The notes below the pieces were generated by a model that made no database searches, was not told the DNA's origin, and saw nothing but the letters and a program-made list of their open reading frames with translations. From the sequence record SRR9188677_168: 64,000 nt of DNA, one strand, 5' to 3'. Positions 38,155 to 48,355 of this stretch are shown piece after piece. Positions within the stretch are counted from its first letter, which is position 1. Each line of letters begins with the position of its first letter. The position numbers were made by a program, and so were the translations under genes.

Positions 38155-38891
38155 GTGTTTTTTCTTCCTTTTAACAGCAGGATTGATAACCCCCCCAGCA
38201 ACAATGCCCATGTACCAGGTTCAGGCACTGGTATTGCGGATAGTGGTGTGACAGCACCTGTACCTGTACCATACACATCTTGTAGTGTGGCGATCATCAT
38301 GTTATTTAACGGGAAAACCGGGCCGGTATAGGCAGAGTTCGACAGTATTGAATTCCCAGGGTCATCTGAGTCAATGTAATGCCCCATACCTAGCGAGTGG
38401 CCCAATTCATGCTGTGCGACTGCATAGAATAAAACCTGGCTCCAGCCAAAACCGAAACGCTGTCCATTGAATATCACATCGCCAGCTAATCCACTGGTGT
38501 CGGTGTCCTGGGGGAAATAAGCATAGGCATTGGCATCATCCACATGCGGCACCACCCCGATCCGGATATCAGCCAGGCCAGTAGGATCGTATTGCCCTGT
38601 TTCCGGTAGCGGGCCATGATCAGCCACTTCTACAAAGTGAATAGGCAACACTGCAGCATAGTCAGCAAATGCCTGTTCGAATGCGCTGCGCATAATGTCT
38701 GTTGAAAGCGATTGTCCGGCAGTGCTGATAATCCCGCCATCAAATAAATTGCTGTAGCTGTATGTCAGGGTAATTGGGGAACCTATGCCATCAGGCTGGT
38801 CCCAACTTGCATACATGGGATAATAGCCCCCCCAGGCAGTGCCCGATACCAGGCAAGCCAGTACCGTTGCACGATGTAAATGCTTGAACAT
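38151..38891 (-). CDS. PEP-CTERM-anchored matrixin (M10)-like metalloprotease
   Basis: Signal peptide; ADIRIG, AYAYFP, GDVIFN, HELGHSLGMGH, LQDVYG; C-terminal VPEPGTWALLLGGLSILLLKGRK. Confidence 0.85.
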   Translation of the reverse strand: MFKHLHRATVLACLVSGTAWGGYYPMYASWDQPDGIGSPITLTYSYSNLFDGGIISTAGQSLSTDIMRSAFEQAFADYAAVLPIHFVEVADHGPLPETGQYDPTGLADIRIGVVPHVDDANAYAYFPQDTDTSGLAGDVIFNGQRFGFGWSQVLFYAVAQHELGHSLGMGHYIDSDDPGNSILSNSAYTGPVFPLNNMMIATLQDVYGTGTGAVTPLSAIPVPEPGTWALLLGGLSILLLKGRKNT

Positions 38892-38950
38892 GCTTCATCC
38901 TCTCAAAACTATTAAATTTATTGTCTGGTGATTTTACCTCATTAAATGTT

Positions 38951-38969
38951 AATGAGAATTATTATCAAC
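38951..38969. promoter_or_regulatory. Fur box upstream of the protease pair
   Basis: AATGAGAATTATTATCAAC about 60 bp upstream of the minus-strand ATG at 38891. Confidence 0.75.
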
Positions 38970-39201
38970 ATAAATTTATAAGTTTTTATAGTGAAAAAAA
39001 CTATATTCAGAGAGGTAAGCTGAAGTTGTAAATGAAGCTTTGCAAGCAGGAGTTTTTGCTTGATAAATAAATTATCTAACGTGGATGGATAGCTTAATCT
39101 GCAAATAGAACGGAGCTTTTAAATACGGGGGTGGAGTGTATCCACTGGCTTTTTCTCGACGCCTTAAAATTCCAGCACCGAGTTATTCTGATGAGTCTGT
39201 T

Positions 39202-39534
39202 TTAGAGTGGCGCGACGTCATCGTCGTTAATCAATGTATGCAGATTGTTCTTTTGGCGTAAGGTCTGGCGTTCGTTCAGGCGTTTCTGCGCGGCACTCGG
39301 GAAATCAGTATAACTGATCAGGTTGCGCTCGATCAGAATGCTGATCAGGTCTTCCAGCACGCGTGCCAATTGAATGTCACTTTCGCGGAAAGTGTGGTGC
39401 TTTTTGAGTTCTTCGTCCAGAAAGTGTAGATAGTCGGTATCTGAATTTTCTACTTCTATCCAATCAGCAGACACTTGTGTATCCGGGCTTGCGGCAATAA
39501 TTGCACCTTCTTTATTTTTGAGTATGTAGGCCAT
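39202..39534 (-). CDS. Hypothetical protein
   Basis: Good RBS (AAGGAA); SDIQLARVLEDLISILIE..LI.YTDFP.AAQ motif; function unknown. Confidence 0.75.
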   Translation of the reverse strand: MAYILKNKEGAIIAASPDTQVSADWIEVENSDTDYLHFLDEELKKHHTFRESDIQLARVLEDLISILIERNLISYTDFPSAAQKRLNERQTLRQKNNLHTLINDDDVAPL

Positions 39535-39614
39535 CAGGTGTCATTCCTTGTCACTTTAGGTGTGAGTTATTGTTTATCAGGAAAGCAAAAGCAATAACCA
39601 TGCCTTTTGATTGC

Positions 39615-40709
39615 TTAAATCGCGCCATTAATGATGCCACCACCCAGGCAAACATTGCTTTCATAAACGACCACACTTTGTCCTGGCGTAATCGCCCATT
39701 GATGCTGACCAAAGCGGATGGTCGCTTCCTCGTCATTCACCGCATCGACTTCGCATGGCGCATCCGGCTGGCGGTAGCGGGTTTTGGCCGCATAAACCCA
39801 GTTGGTACGTGGCTGTTCGCCGCTGATCCAATGCAATTGCCCGGCAGTCAGGCCGTCACTTTGCAGCAGTGGGTGATCGTGTCCTTGCACTACAATCAGT
39901 TCATTGCTGACCATGTCTTTGCCTGCTACAAACCAGGGTTCGCCGTTACTGTCGCGGCTGCCACCAATTTTCAGGCCCTGACGCTGCCCGAGCGTGTAAT
40001 ACATCAAGCCTTCATGTTCACCGACGACTTTACCTTCAGGTGTACGCATGATGCCAGGCTGCCTTGGTAGATAACGTTGCAGGAATTCCTGGAACGGGCG
40101 TTCGCCGATAAAACAAATACCGGTGGAGTCCTTTTTTTCGGCATTGATCAGCCCATGCTCGCGCGCGATCTCACGCACTTCACGCTTCAGATATTTACCC
40201 AAAGGAAATAATGTTTTGGATAACTGTGCCTGGTTCAGGCGTGACAGGAAATAGCTTTGATCCTTGCTGCCGTCATCTGCTTTCAGCAGCTGATAGTTGC
40301 CCGGTTGAATCGGGTTCTCACGTACCTGGGCATAATGACCAGTGGCAATTAAATCCGCACCCAGGCTCATCGCATGGTCTAAAAATGCCTTGAATTTGAT
40401 CTCGGCATTACACAGGATGTCAGGGTTAGGTGTACGGCCAGCCTGGTACTCTTCCAGAAAGTTAGTGAATACTCGCTCTTTGTATTCCTCACTAAAATTC
40501 ACGGCTTCAATGTCGATCCCTATCTTGTCAGCGACAGACACGGCATCGATCAAATCCTGCTTCGAAGAACAGTATTCATCAGTGTCATCGTCTTCCCAGT
40601 TTTTCATAAACAAACCGGTGACATGGTAGCCTTGTTGCTTTAACAACAAAGCGGTAACGGAAGAATCAACGCCGCCGGACAGGCCGACGATTACATGTGG
40701 CTTACTCAT
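39615..40709 (-). CDS. mnmA: tRNA-specific 2-thiouridylase MnmA
   Basis: [43 protein letters not shown] 40709. Confidence 0.97.
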   Translation of the reverse strand: MSKPHVIVGLSGGVDSSVTALLLKQQGYHVTGLFMKNWEDDDTDEYCSSKQDLIDAVSVADKIGIDIEAVNFSEEYKERVFTNFLEEYQAGRTPNPDILCNAEIKFKAFLDHAMSLGADLIATGHYAQVRENPIQPGNYQLLKADDGSKDQSYFLSRLNQAQLSKTLFPLGKYLKREVREIAREHGLINAEKKDSTGICFIGERPFQEFLQRYLPRQPGIMRTPEGKVVGEHEGLMYYTLGQRQGLKIGGSRDSNGEPWFVAGKDMVSNELIVVQGHDHPLLQSDGLTAGQLHWISGEQPRTNWVYAAKTRYRQPDAPCEVDAVNDEEATIRFGQHQWAITPGQSVVVYESNVCLGGGIINGAI

Positions 40710-41191
40710 AATGCCTGGCCCAAATGTTTCAAAATATCTAAAGAATAACGTTTGCCCGCAAGGTAATCCTGCACGCATAACAACACCTGCGGACTGCGCA
40801 TCAACTCGCCATCGGCAGCAATCTCGGCTTCAGTTTTCCATACGGTGCGGAGGATGCCGTCATCTAATGCACGCTCCGGGTAATGTGCTCCCAGCTTGCC
40901 GGTAAATGCAAAACGCAAATAGGTGATGCCATTAACCGGATGCTGCCAATGGTAAATGCCTACCAGGGCTTCTGGTGTAAAATCATACGCAGTTTCTTCC
41001 AGCGTTTCCCGAATCGTCGCTTCTATAATTGTTTCGTTTTCTTCGAGGTGACCGGCTGGCTGGTTAAAGCGATTGCCACGGTCAGTGGTTTCTTCAACCA
41101 GCAAAAACTTGCCGTGTTGTTCGATAATTGCCGCCACGGTGACGTTGGGTTTCCACTGCTGAGAGGACTTGGAAGAGGCAGGTGAATTCAA
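40706..41191 (-). CDS. nudJ: Nudix hydrolase (NudJ-like)
   Basis: [17 protein letters not shown]....RETLEET Nudix box; adjacent to mnmA. Confidence 0.85.
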   Translation of the reverse strand: MNSPASSKSSQQWKPNVTVAAIIEQHGKFLLVEETTDRGNRFNQPAGHLEENETIIEATIRETLEETAYDFTPEALVGIYHWQHPVNGITYLRFAFTGKLGAHYPERALDDGILRTVWKTEAEIAADGELMRSPQVLLCVQDYLAGKRYSLDILKHLGQAL

Positions 41192-41247
41192 AATACGCGG
41201 GTTTCGTTAAAAGCGCTATTTTAACGCTAAGTGATTGATTGGGGTAA

Positions 41248-41931
41248 TTATCTTAAAGCCTCGGACCACTGCCATGCACTTGTCGTTATGCTGTCATCAA
41301 CCGCCAGCTGCGGAAACAAACCAGTCAATCCATGCGCAATAAACTCTACTGACATGGCCGCCAAAATCAGCCCCATCAGGCGGGTCACGATATTGATCCC
41401 GATAGGGCCCAGGTAATGGGTGATGGCATCAGAAAGTAATAACAAGCCCCAGATAAACAGTGAAATCAAAGCCACGGGTATTATCAGGCTTAAATGCCCC
41501 CAAAAGCCAGGATGCTGTTGCGCAGTGATAATCATGCTGGAAATCGCGCCTGGTCCGGCAAGTAACGGAATACTCAATGGCACAATCGCAATCACTTCAC
41601 GCTCTGCCAAGTCTTGCGCTTCTTCGGCTGTTTGGCGAGTGCCACTTTGCTTGCCATGCATCATTGAGATAGAAATCAGTAGCAGCAAAATACCGCCACC
41701 GACCTGGAATGAAGGAATGTCGATGCCGAAAAAGTCTAATACTCTGTCGCCGATAAAAGCCGAGACGCAAAGCACAATCATCACAGTCATGCCGACCGTG
41801 CGAGCGGTTCGGGCACGTTCCTTTTTGCTCCAGCCACTAGTGGCACTGATGAAGATTGGCAGGCTGCCGATGGGATTCACAATCGCCAGCAAGGCAATTG
41901 CGACTTTAAGCAGGTAGGTATATTCGTTCAT
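41248..41931 (-). CDS. MarC-family membrane protein
   Basis: IVNPIGSLPIF, AIVPLSIPLLAGPGAI, TRLMGLILAA. Confidence 0.9.
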   Translation of the reverse strand: MNEYTYLLKVAIALLAIVNPIGSLPIFISATSGWSKKERARTARTVGMTVMIVLCVSAFIGDRVLDFFGIDIPSFQVGGGILLLLISISMMHGKQSGTRQTAEEAQDLAEREVIAIVPLSIPLLAGPGAISSMIITAQQHPGFWGHLSLIIPVALISLFIWGLLLLSDAITHYLGPIGINIVTRLMGLILAAMSVEFIAHGLTGLFPQLAVDDSITTSAWQWSEALR

Positions 41932-42013
41932 GGCGGTCACTTTTTGGCATCAGTCTTGTCGCCAAGCTTGCCTGAAAAAAAATGGTCGGGACAAATTGCC
42001 AAGGCCATTTTAT

Positions 42014-43948
42014 TTATGCCGGACGTTTGTCAAAAAACGCAATTGGCTGCGGTGGCGCCATTTGCAGGATATGTTTGCGCACTTTGCCCATCACATGCAT
42101 TTCACAGGGCTTACAATCAAATTTGAGTGTGTACCTGTCATTGCCGCTGATCAGCGTCATAGGTTCGGCCGTCACCGTGCCTTGCACACCTATCACGCCT
42201 TTGGCTTCTTTCGGACACAAGCCGTGGCTGAAACGCAGGCAATGTTTGGTGATCATCACCGGCACTTCATCCAGTTCTTCATTGGATTCATAAGCACTGG
42301 CAATCAGCTTCACACCGTGCTTGTGATAAAAATCACGTGCTTTCTGGTTATAGACATTTGCCAGGTAGCTCAAAGTATCTTCAGGATAAATAGCGGGTGG
42401 CTCGGCAGCCGCACGCAATGGCGGGCGGTTATAGCCTAATGTTCTGATGGCAATTAATTCTTCCACGGCATCACGGCGTAGCTGGTTCACAACAGAAGCG
42501 GGCAGGAACCAAGGCTGGGTCAATTCCAGGCCGATATCTCTGGCAGAAAAATCGGTATTTCCCAGTTTTGCCAGATTCTCCCTCAACGATACCTCGGCTT
42601 TTTCTGTATCGTTCGCAGGCTGCTTTGCGGTAGTGCATTGGGTGGTGGCGCTAAAGCCTTGTTCATCCGTCAGTGTCAGTGCAAAGCCGTCTGCCGTTTC
42701 GTAAAGTACAACATCAAGCGCTATTTTTCGTGAAGCTGAATCCTTTTCCAGCAAGCGCATAAAAGCGTGGTCACGATTGCGGTAGAGTTGGGTGTTGTTG
42801 CGGATATCCGCAGGCATTTCATTCGGGAACAGGCGTTGCGTATGGTTATCCAGCGCTTGCACCGTGTTCACGCGCAGGCCGACCAGCTCTTTATGTACAT
42901 CAAAAAAGCACACGCCATCGCCATTGTGTAATACAACTTCTGTCGCCACATCGATAAAGTCCTTACCGACTTTACGCACTTTACCCAGTTCTTCACCTGA
43001 AAATTTTGGGGTATCAAAGGCGCCGATATCGGCCTGGCGGCCATTGGTAAAATAGTCGGTGGCACTGCGGTTAAAGGTTTTTTCAGGCTGTGGCGTAAAT
43101 GTGTAGCTGGCATGCCCGGCTGAGGATTTAGCGTAATCCGGCATCTCTTCCAGAATCTCATCCAGCAGCTGACGGTAATGGGCAGTGGCGTTTTTCACAT
43201 AAGGCAGGTCTTTGTAACGGCCTTCGATTTTAAAACTGCTGACACCGGCAGCAATCAGCGCACGCAGGTTGGCACTCTGGTCGTTATCTTTCATCGATAA
43301 GTAATGTTTGTCTTTACCCAGGATGCGACCTTTCTGGTCTTCCAGCGTATAGGGCAACCGGCACTCTTGTGAGCACTCACCCCGGTTGGCACTGCGGCCT
43401 GTGTGGGCATGACTGATAAAACATTGCCCGCTAAAAGCAACACATAAGGCGCCATGGATAAAATATTCCAGGTTGGCCGTCGTGGCATCAGCAATCTTTT
43501 TCACCGTCGCGATATCCAGCTCGCGCGCCAGTACAATCTGGCTGAACCCGACCTGGTCCAAAAACTGCGCTTTTTGCGCAGTGCGGATATCGGTTTGTGT
43601 GCTGGCATGTAGTTGTATCGGCGGTAGATCCAGTTCCAGCAAGCCCATGTCCTGCACGATCAGCGCATCTACGCCTGAGTCATACAGCTGATGTACCAGC
43701 TGGCGTACACCTTCCAGCTCGTTGTCATGAAAAATCGTATTCAGCGCGACAAACACTTCGGCATGAAACTTGTGCGCATGCTGCACCAGCCTGGCAATAT
43801 CCTGTACGGTATTCGGCGCTTTGGCGCGCGCACCAAATGCCGGGCCACCAATATATACGGCATCAGCCCCGTGATTAATGGCTTCAATGCCAAAATCTGC
43901 GTTTTTGGCAGGTGAAAGCAGTTCCAGATGTTTGCGGGTTTTTTGCAT
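42014..43948 (-). CDS. rlhA: U32-family protein, RlhA-like (23S rRNA C2501 hydroxylation)
   Basis: ELLSPA, GADAVYIG, HASTQ, HGALCVAFSGQC, RSANRGECSQECR, KIEGR; 644 aa with a long C-terminal extension. Confidence 0.8.
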   Translation of the reverse strand: MQKTRKHLELLSPAKNADFGIEAINHGADAVYIGGPAFGARAKAPNTVQDIARLVQHAHKFHAEVFVALNTIFHDNELEGVRQLVHQLYDSGVDALIVQDMGLLELDLPPIQLHASTQTDIRTAQKAQFLDQVGFSQIVLARELDIATVKKIADATTANLEYFIHGALCVAFSGQCFISHAHTGRSANRGECSQECRLPYTLEDQKGRILGKDKHYLSMKDNDQSANLRALIAAGVSSFKIEGRYKDLPYVKNATAHYRQLLDEILEEMPDYAKSSAGHASYTFTPQPEKTFNRSATDYFTNGRQADIGAFDTPKFSGEELGKVRKVGKDFIDVATEVVLHNGDGVCFFDVHKELVGLRVNTVQALDNHTQRLFPNEMPADIRNNTQLYRNRDHAFMRLLEKDSASRKIALDVVLYETADGFALTLTDEQGFSATTQCTTAKQPANDTEKAEVSLRENLAKLGNTDFSARDIGLELTQPWFLPASVVNQLRRDAVEELIAIRTLGYNRPPLRAAAEPPAIYPEDTLSYLANVYNQKARDFYHKHGVKLIASAYESNEELDEVPVMITKHCLRFSHGLCPKEAKGVIGVQGTVTAEPMTLISGNDRYTLKFDCKPCEMHVMGKVRKHILQMAPPQPIAFFDKRPA

Positions 43949-44034
43949 GCGGGATGTATCTACAGTGTAACGACTTGATTTAAGACGCTATTTTAAACGA
44001 AGCATGCATTTTGCGCTTGGTTTAAAATAGCGTC

Positions 44035-45360
44035 ATGAGTGGAAATCAGGATTTATTACAACGCAGCCACAATCACGTGTGGCATCCATGTACGCAGATG
44101 AAGCATCACGAACGCACGCCGCTGGTTCCGATTGCCAGAGGTGATGGAGCCTGGCTATTTGATACCGATGGCAAAGGCTACTTGGATGCCGTCAGCAGCT
44201 GGTGGGTCAATCTGTTTGGGCACAACCGGTCGGAGATTAAAGATGCGATTAAGGCCCAGTTAGACCAGCTTGAGCATGTAATGCTGGCCGGGTTTACCCA
44301 TGCGCCGGTGGTGGAGCTATCAGAGAAACTTTCATCCTTAACTGGCCTGGGTCACGCTTTTTATGGTTCAGATGGTGCCAGTGCTACCGAGATCGCACTT
44401 AAGATGAGTTTTCACTATTGGCGTAATCGCGGGCAAGCGCAAAAAACCAGATTTATCAGTTTGCAGAACAGTTATCACGGTGAAACCTTGGGTGCGTTAA
44501 GCGTGACCGATGTCGCCATTTTTAAAGACACTTATGCGCCGCTGATTTTACAGTCGGCACAAATGCCCAGTCCGGATAGTCGACTGGCTGCAGCCGGTGA
44601 ATCTGAAGAAGCTTTTGCCTTACGCTGCGCTGAGGCGCTCGAGGTTTATGCAGCCGAGCATCACGCTGAATTGGCAGCCTTTATTATTGAGCCATTGGTG
44701 CAAGGGGCGGCTGGTATGGCGATGTATCATGCTGCCTATCTGCGTCGTGCACGCGAGATTTGCAGCCGTTATGATATCCACTTGATTGCAGATGAAATTG
44801 CTGTCGGTTTTGGCCGCACCGGCACCTTGTTTGCCTGTGAGCAGGCGGGTGGAACAGTCAGTGATATTGCTGATTTTGTGTGTCTTTCCAAAGGCATTAC
44901 CGGCGGTTATTTGCCGTTATCTGTGGTACTCACGACCGATGATGTTTATCAGGCTTTTTACCATGACCAAGCTGCCAAGGGTTTTTTGCACAGCCATAGT
45001 TACACCGGCAATCCGTTAGCGTGCAGTGCGGCACTGGCAACGCTGAAATTGTTCGAAACCTCTGACGTGTTGGGCAATAACCAGAAGACCGCACAGCAAC
45101 TTTGGACAGCAGTGCAGGCATATGACTTGCCGCTACAGCATGTCCGCCAGCGGGGCATGATCACTGCGTTTGAGGTTGATAACAAAAATCCACAATTTGC
45201 CCGCGATTGTTATGCGGCGGCGTTGCGGCATGGCTTATTGCTGCGCCCGATAGCTAATACAGTGTACTGGATGCCGCCATATTGTCTGAATGCGGCAGAG
45301 ATTGATCATCTGATACAGGCGACACAAACCACGATTCTCGAAAGTATGGCATGCAGCTAA
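44035..45360 (+). CDS. bioA: Adenosylmethionine-8-amino-7-oxononanoate aminotransferase
   Basis: VWHPCTQM, SSWWVN, YHGET, DEIAVGFGRTG, SKGITGG. Confidence 0.95.
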   Translation: MSGNQDLLQRSHNHVWHPCTQMKHHERTPLVPIARGDGAWLFDTDGKGYLDAVSSWWVNLFGHNRSEIKDAIKAQLDQLEHVMLAGFTHAPVVELSEKLSSLTGLGHAFYGSDGASATEIALKMSFHYWRNRGQAQKTRFISLQNSYHGETLGALSVTDVAIFKDTYAPLILQSAQMPSPDSRLAAAGESEEAFALRCAEALEVYAAEHHAELAAFIIEPLVQGAAGMAMYHAAYLRRAREICSRYDIHLIADEIAVGFGRTGTLFACEQAGGTVSDIADFVCLSKGITGGYLPLSVVLTTDDVYQAFYHDQAAKGFLHSHSYTGNPLACSAALATLKLFETSDVLGNNQKTAQQLWTAVQAYDLPLQHVRQRGMITAFEVDNKNPQFARDCYAAALRHGLLLRPIANTVYWMPPYCLNAAEIDHLIQATQTTILESMACS

Positions 45361-46772
45361 TTATGCGCTGGTGCCTGTTCTTTTGTTGCTTATGGACCGG
45401 CGTTGCGCAGGCGGCTTTGCCCGTTTCATTGCAAGAAGCGCTCACTAAAGCGAAATTACCGCTGGATAGCGTTGCGATTGTGGTGCAACCCCTTGATGGT
45501 GTTTCGCCGCTCATCAGCCATAACCAGACCAAGGCCATGAACCCGGCCAGTGTCATGAAAGTGGTGACCGCTTACGCCGCACTGGAAGCCCTTACGCCCG
45601 CTTATCGCTGGAAAACAGAAGTCTATAAAAACGGGTCAGTGAATCAGGGTGTGCTTGATGGTGATCTCATTATCAAAGGCTACGGTGACCCGGCCCTGAA
45701 CAATGCCGAGCTTTGGCGGTTGTTGCAGCAGATCCAGCAACAGGGGATTAAACATATCAAAGGTAACCTGGTACTTGATGCTTCCATTTATACGCCGGAA
45801 GTAACTCAACGTCCGATACTGGATGACGAGCCATGGCGCGCTTACAACGTCAATCCGTATGCATTGCTGGTGAATGGCGGTCATACCAGTTTCAGGTTTG
45901 GCGTATCCAGAGAAGGCGGCAAGCCTGTTGTGAGTGTCACACAAGAGTTTGAGTTGCCACAGATTAAAGTGCTGAATGCCATGCAGGTCAGCAAAGGCGC
46001 TTGCGGGGATTGGCGTAGTAACCTGGGTTATGGAGTGTCTGCGACACCAGAAGGCGCAACGGTGACTTTTAGCGGCACATTACCTGAACAATGCGAGGAG
46101 CGCTATCTTGAATTAAGCGCGCTTAGCCAGCATCAGTACGCGGTGAATACCTTCAAAAAATTATGGACGCAATTGGGCGGGCGGCTGGATGGCCAGGCCG
46201 TCGCTGCCGTGTTGCCAGCCTCCGCAACATTGGTCACTACCTGGTGGTCTGCGCCGCTGGATGAGGTGATTCGTGATATAAACAAATGGAGCAATAATGT
46301 CATGGCGCGGCAGTTGATGCTGACCATAGGCGTGGAAGCAGGGCATGTCCCAGCTGACGAAAATAGCAGTGCGTTGGTGGTAAGGGAATTATTAAGCAAA
46401 AGCGGGCTGTCTTTTACTGAACTGGTGCTGGAAAATGGGTCCGGGCTTTCACGCAACGAGCGTATCAGTGCGGAACATCTTGCACAATTACTCGTCACAG
46501 CGTATCAGCGGCCGGTGATGCCTGTGCTGATGGCTTCCCTGCCGATTCTTGGATTAGATGGTACGCTCAAAAAGCGCTTGCCTGAGGCTCCCAGCCGGGG
46601 CATGGCTTACTTGAAAACGGGGTCTCTGGAAGGTGTCAGCAGCATTGCCGGTTATGTGCAGGATGTTCAGGGTAAACGCTATGTGCTGGTCATGCTGGTC
46701 AATCACAATAATGCTTCAGCAGCACGTTCCATCCAGGATGGCCTGATTAAAGCGTTGATTGAAGGCCGCTAG
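45351..46772 (+). CDS. dacB: D-alanyl-D-alanine carboxypeptidase/endopeptidase (PBP4)
   Basis: PASVMK, SNN, NGSGLSR, KTGSL. Confidence 0.93.
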   Translation: MQLIMRWCLFFCCLWTGVAQAALPVSLQEALTKAKLPLDSVAIVVQPLDGVSPLISHNQTKAMNPASVMKVVTAYAALEALTPAYRWKTEVYKNGSVNQGVLDGDLIIKGYGDPALNNAELWRLLQQIQQQGIKHIKGNLVLDASIYTPEVTQRPILDDEPWRAYNVNPYALLVNGGHTSFRFGVSREGGKPVVSVTQEFELPQIKVLNAMQVSKGACGDWRSNLGYGVSATPEGATVTFSGTLPEQCEERYLELSALSQHQYAVNTFKKLWTQLGGRLDGQAVAAVLPASATLVTTWWSAPLDEVIRDINKWSNNVMARQLMLTIGVEAGHVPADENSSALVVRELLSKSGLSFTELVLENGSGLSRNERISAEHLAQLLVTAYQRPVMPVLMASLPILGLDGTLKKRLPEAPSRGMAYLKTGSLEGVSSIAGYVQDVQGKRYVLVMLVNHNNASAARSIQDGLIKALIEGR

Positions 46773-46838
46773 CCAGCCGGCAACTGAGAATTTTTAATAA
46801 AAACCGCGTATGATAATGGTCGTTTTCAAGGAGCAAAT

Positions 46839-47303
46839 GTGAAATCAGGAATGAAAAAAATAAGCTTGGGCATGGTGTTACTGTTATCGATAGCGGGTTG
46901 CCAGGCGCAATCCAACTCACCCAATTCAAAGGAAAATACCCAAATGACTGCCAATGTGACTGAGCTGCAAAAAATTGATACTGTGGTAGGCGATGGCCGC
47001 GAAGCCGAAATCGGTTTCAACGTGACCGTGCATTACACCGGCTGGTTGTACGATGCCAATGCCAAAGACTTTAAAGGCAAAAAGTTTGATAGCAGCTTGG
47101 ACCGTAATTCCCCGTTCAACTTTTTCCTGGGCGGTGGCCAGGTCATCCAGGGCTGGGACGAAGGTGTGCAAGGTATGAAGATTGGCGGCAAACGTACGCT
47201 GATTATCCCTTCTGAACTGGGTTACGGCGCACGCGGTGCCGGTGGCGTGATTCCGCCAAATGCGACACTGGTATTTGACGTTGAATTGCTCGGCGTCAAA
47301 TAG
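46839..47303 (+). CDS. FKBP-type peptidyl-prolyl isomerase (possible lipoprotein)
   Basis: [38 protein letters not shown] lipobox-like leader. Confidence 0.93.
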   Translation: MKSGMKKISLGMVLLLSIAGCQAQSNSPNSKENTQMTANVTELQKIDTVVGDGREAEIGFNVTVHYTGWLYDANAKDFKGKKFDSSLDRNSPFNFFLGGGQVIQGWDEGVQGMKIGGKRTLIIPSELGYGARGAGGVIPPNATLVFDVELLGVK

Positions 47304-47439
47304 AAAGTGATTTTTCGGGTGTATGGTGCTCTTAATTAAGCACCATGGTGACGGAAGCTAGGCATTCTTGCAGTGTGCCAGCTCCGCCCTCAAGTGATTG
47401 ATGTTGGTCACAAATTAAAAACGATTGGAAAAATCAGCA

Positions 47440-47865
47440 ATGCAAGTCAAAGTGAAATGGATAGACGGCGTCAGTTTTGTTGGCGAGTCTGAAACCGGTC
47501 ACGCAGTCGTACTGGATGGCGCGCCTGAGAATGGCGGCCGTAATATCGGCATGCGCCCAATGGAAATGCTGCTGATCGGCATGGGTTCATGCACGGCATT
47601 TGATGTAGTGACTATCCTCAAAAAATCACGCCAGCCGATTGTGGATTGCGCGGCAGAAATTGCAGCTGAACGCGCCGATACCATCCCGAAAGTATTCACC
47701 AAGATTCACGTGCACTTTGTAGTGACCGGTGAAAACCTGAACGAGCAACAAGTCTCGCGTGCGATAAACCTTTCTGCTGAAAAATATTGTTCAGCCAGTA
47801 TCATGCTGCAAAAAGCCTGTGAAATTACGCATGATTTTGAAATCAGAACGCCAACTACTGAGTAA
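47440..47865 (+). CDS. OsmC/YhfA-family protein
   Basis: RPMEMLL.G.GSCT, LSAEKYCSAS. Confidence 0.88.
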   Translation: MQVKVKWIDGVSFVGESETGHAVVLDGAPENGGRNIGMRPMEMLLIGMGSCTAFDVVTILKKSRQPIVDCAAEIAAERADTIPKVFTKIHVHFVVTGENLNEQQVSRAINLSAEKYCSASIMLQKACEITHDFEIRTPTTE

Positions 47866-48282
47866 ATGATGACAACTCCTGCCGGTATGTTAGGTATTCG
47901 CCACGTGGCGCTTTTTATCAAAGAACTGGAGTCGGCGATAGACTTCTACACGCGCATTGTTGGCATGCAGATCGAATGGCAGCCAGACCCGGACAATGTT
48001 TACCTGACCAATCATGGCGATGTATTTGCCTTGCATCGGGTTGATTACAAGGCTGATCCGCTACAGCGTCTTGACCACATCGGGTTTGCATTGACGGATG
48101 AAGCGGCAGTAGATGGCTGGTATTCGCATATGGTGGAGCAAGGCGTACGGATTACCGAAGCGCCTAAAACACACAGAGATGGCTCACGCGGCTTTTATTG
48201 CCTGGACAGCGTCGGTCATTTGCTTGAGTTTATTTACCATCCGCCAATTAGCCGTCATGTTAAAGGCATGTCGGGTAACTAA
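47866..48282 (+). CDS. VOC/glyoxalase-family protein
   Basis: IRHVAL, FYT..VGM, LDHIGF, HRDGSRGFY..D..G...E. Confidence 0.85.
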   Translation: MMTTPAGMLGIRHVALFIKELESAIDFYTRIVGMQIEWQPDPDNVYLTNHGDVFALHRVDYKADPLQRLDHIGFALTDEAAVDGWYSHMVEQGVRITEAPKTHRDGSRGFYCLDSVGHLLEFIYHPPISRHVKGMSGN

Positions 48283-48306
48283 ATTTGGATACTTTTTTCA
48301 AAAGCA

Positions 48307-48331
48307 TAAAGCCTCCTTGATGGAGGCTTTA
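48307..48331. terminator. Bidirectional terminator-like hairpin
   Basis: TAAAGCCTCC-ttgat-GGAGGCTTTA between convergent genes. Confidence 0.7.
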
Positions 48332-48355
48332 CTTGTTAAGAGGATTTAAAGCTAG

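Noticed and set aside
32078-39201. Mobile genomic island carrying the PEP-CTERM locus
   Set aside because: No integrase, transposase, tRNA or flanking direct repeats seen; parts look AT-richer by eye but this was not computed
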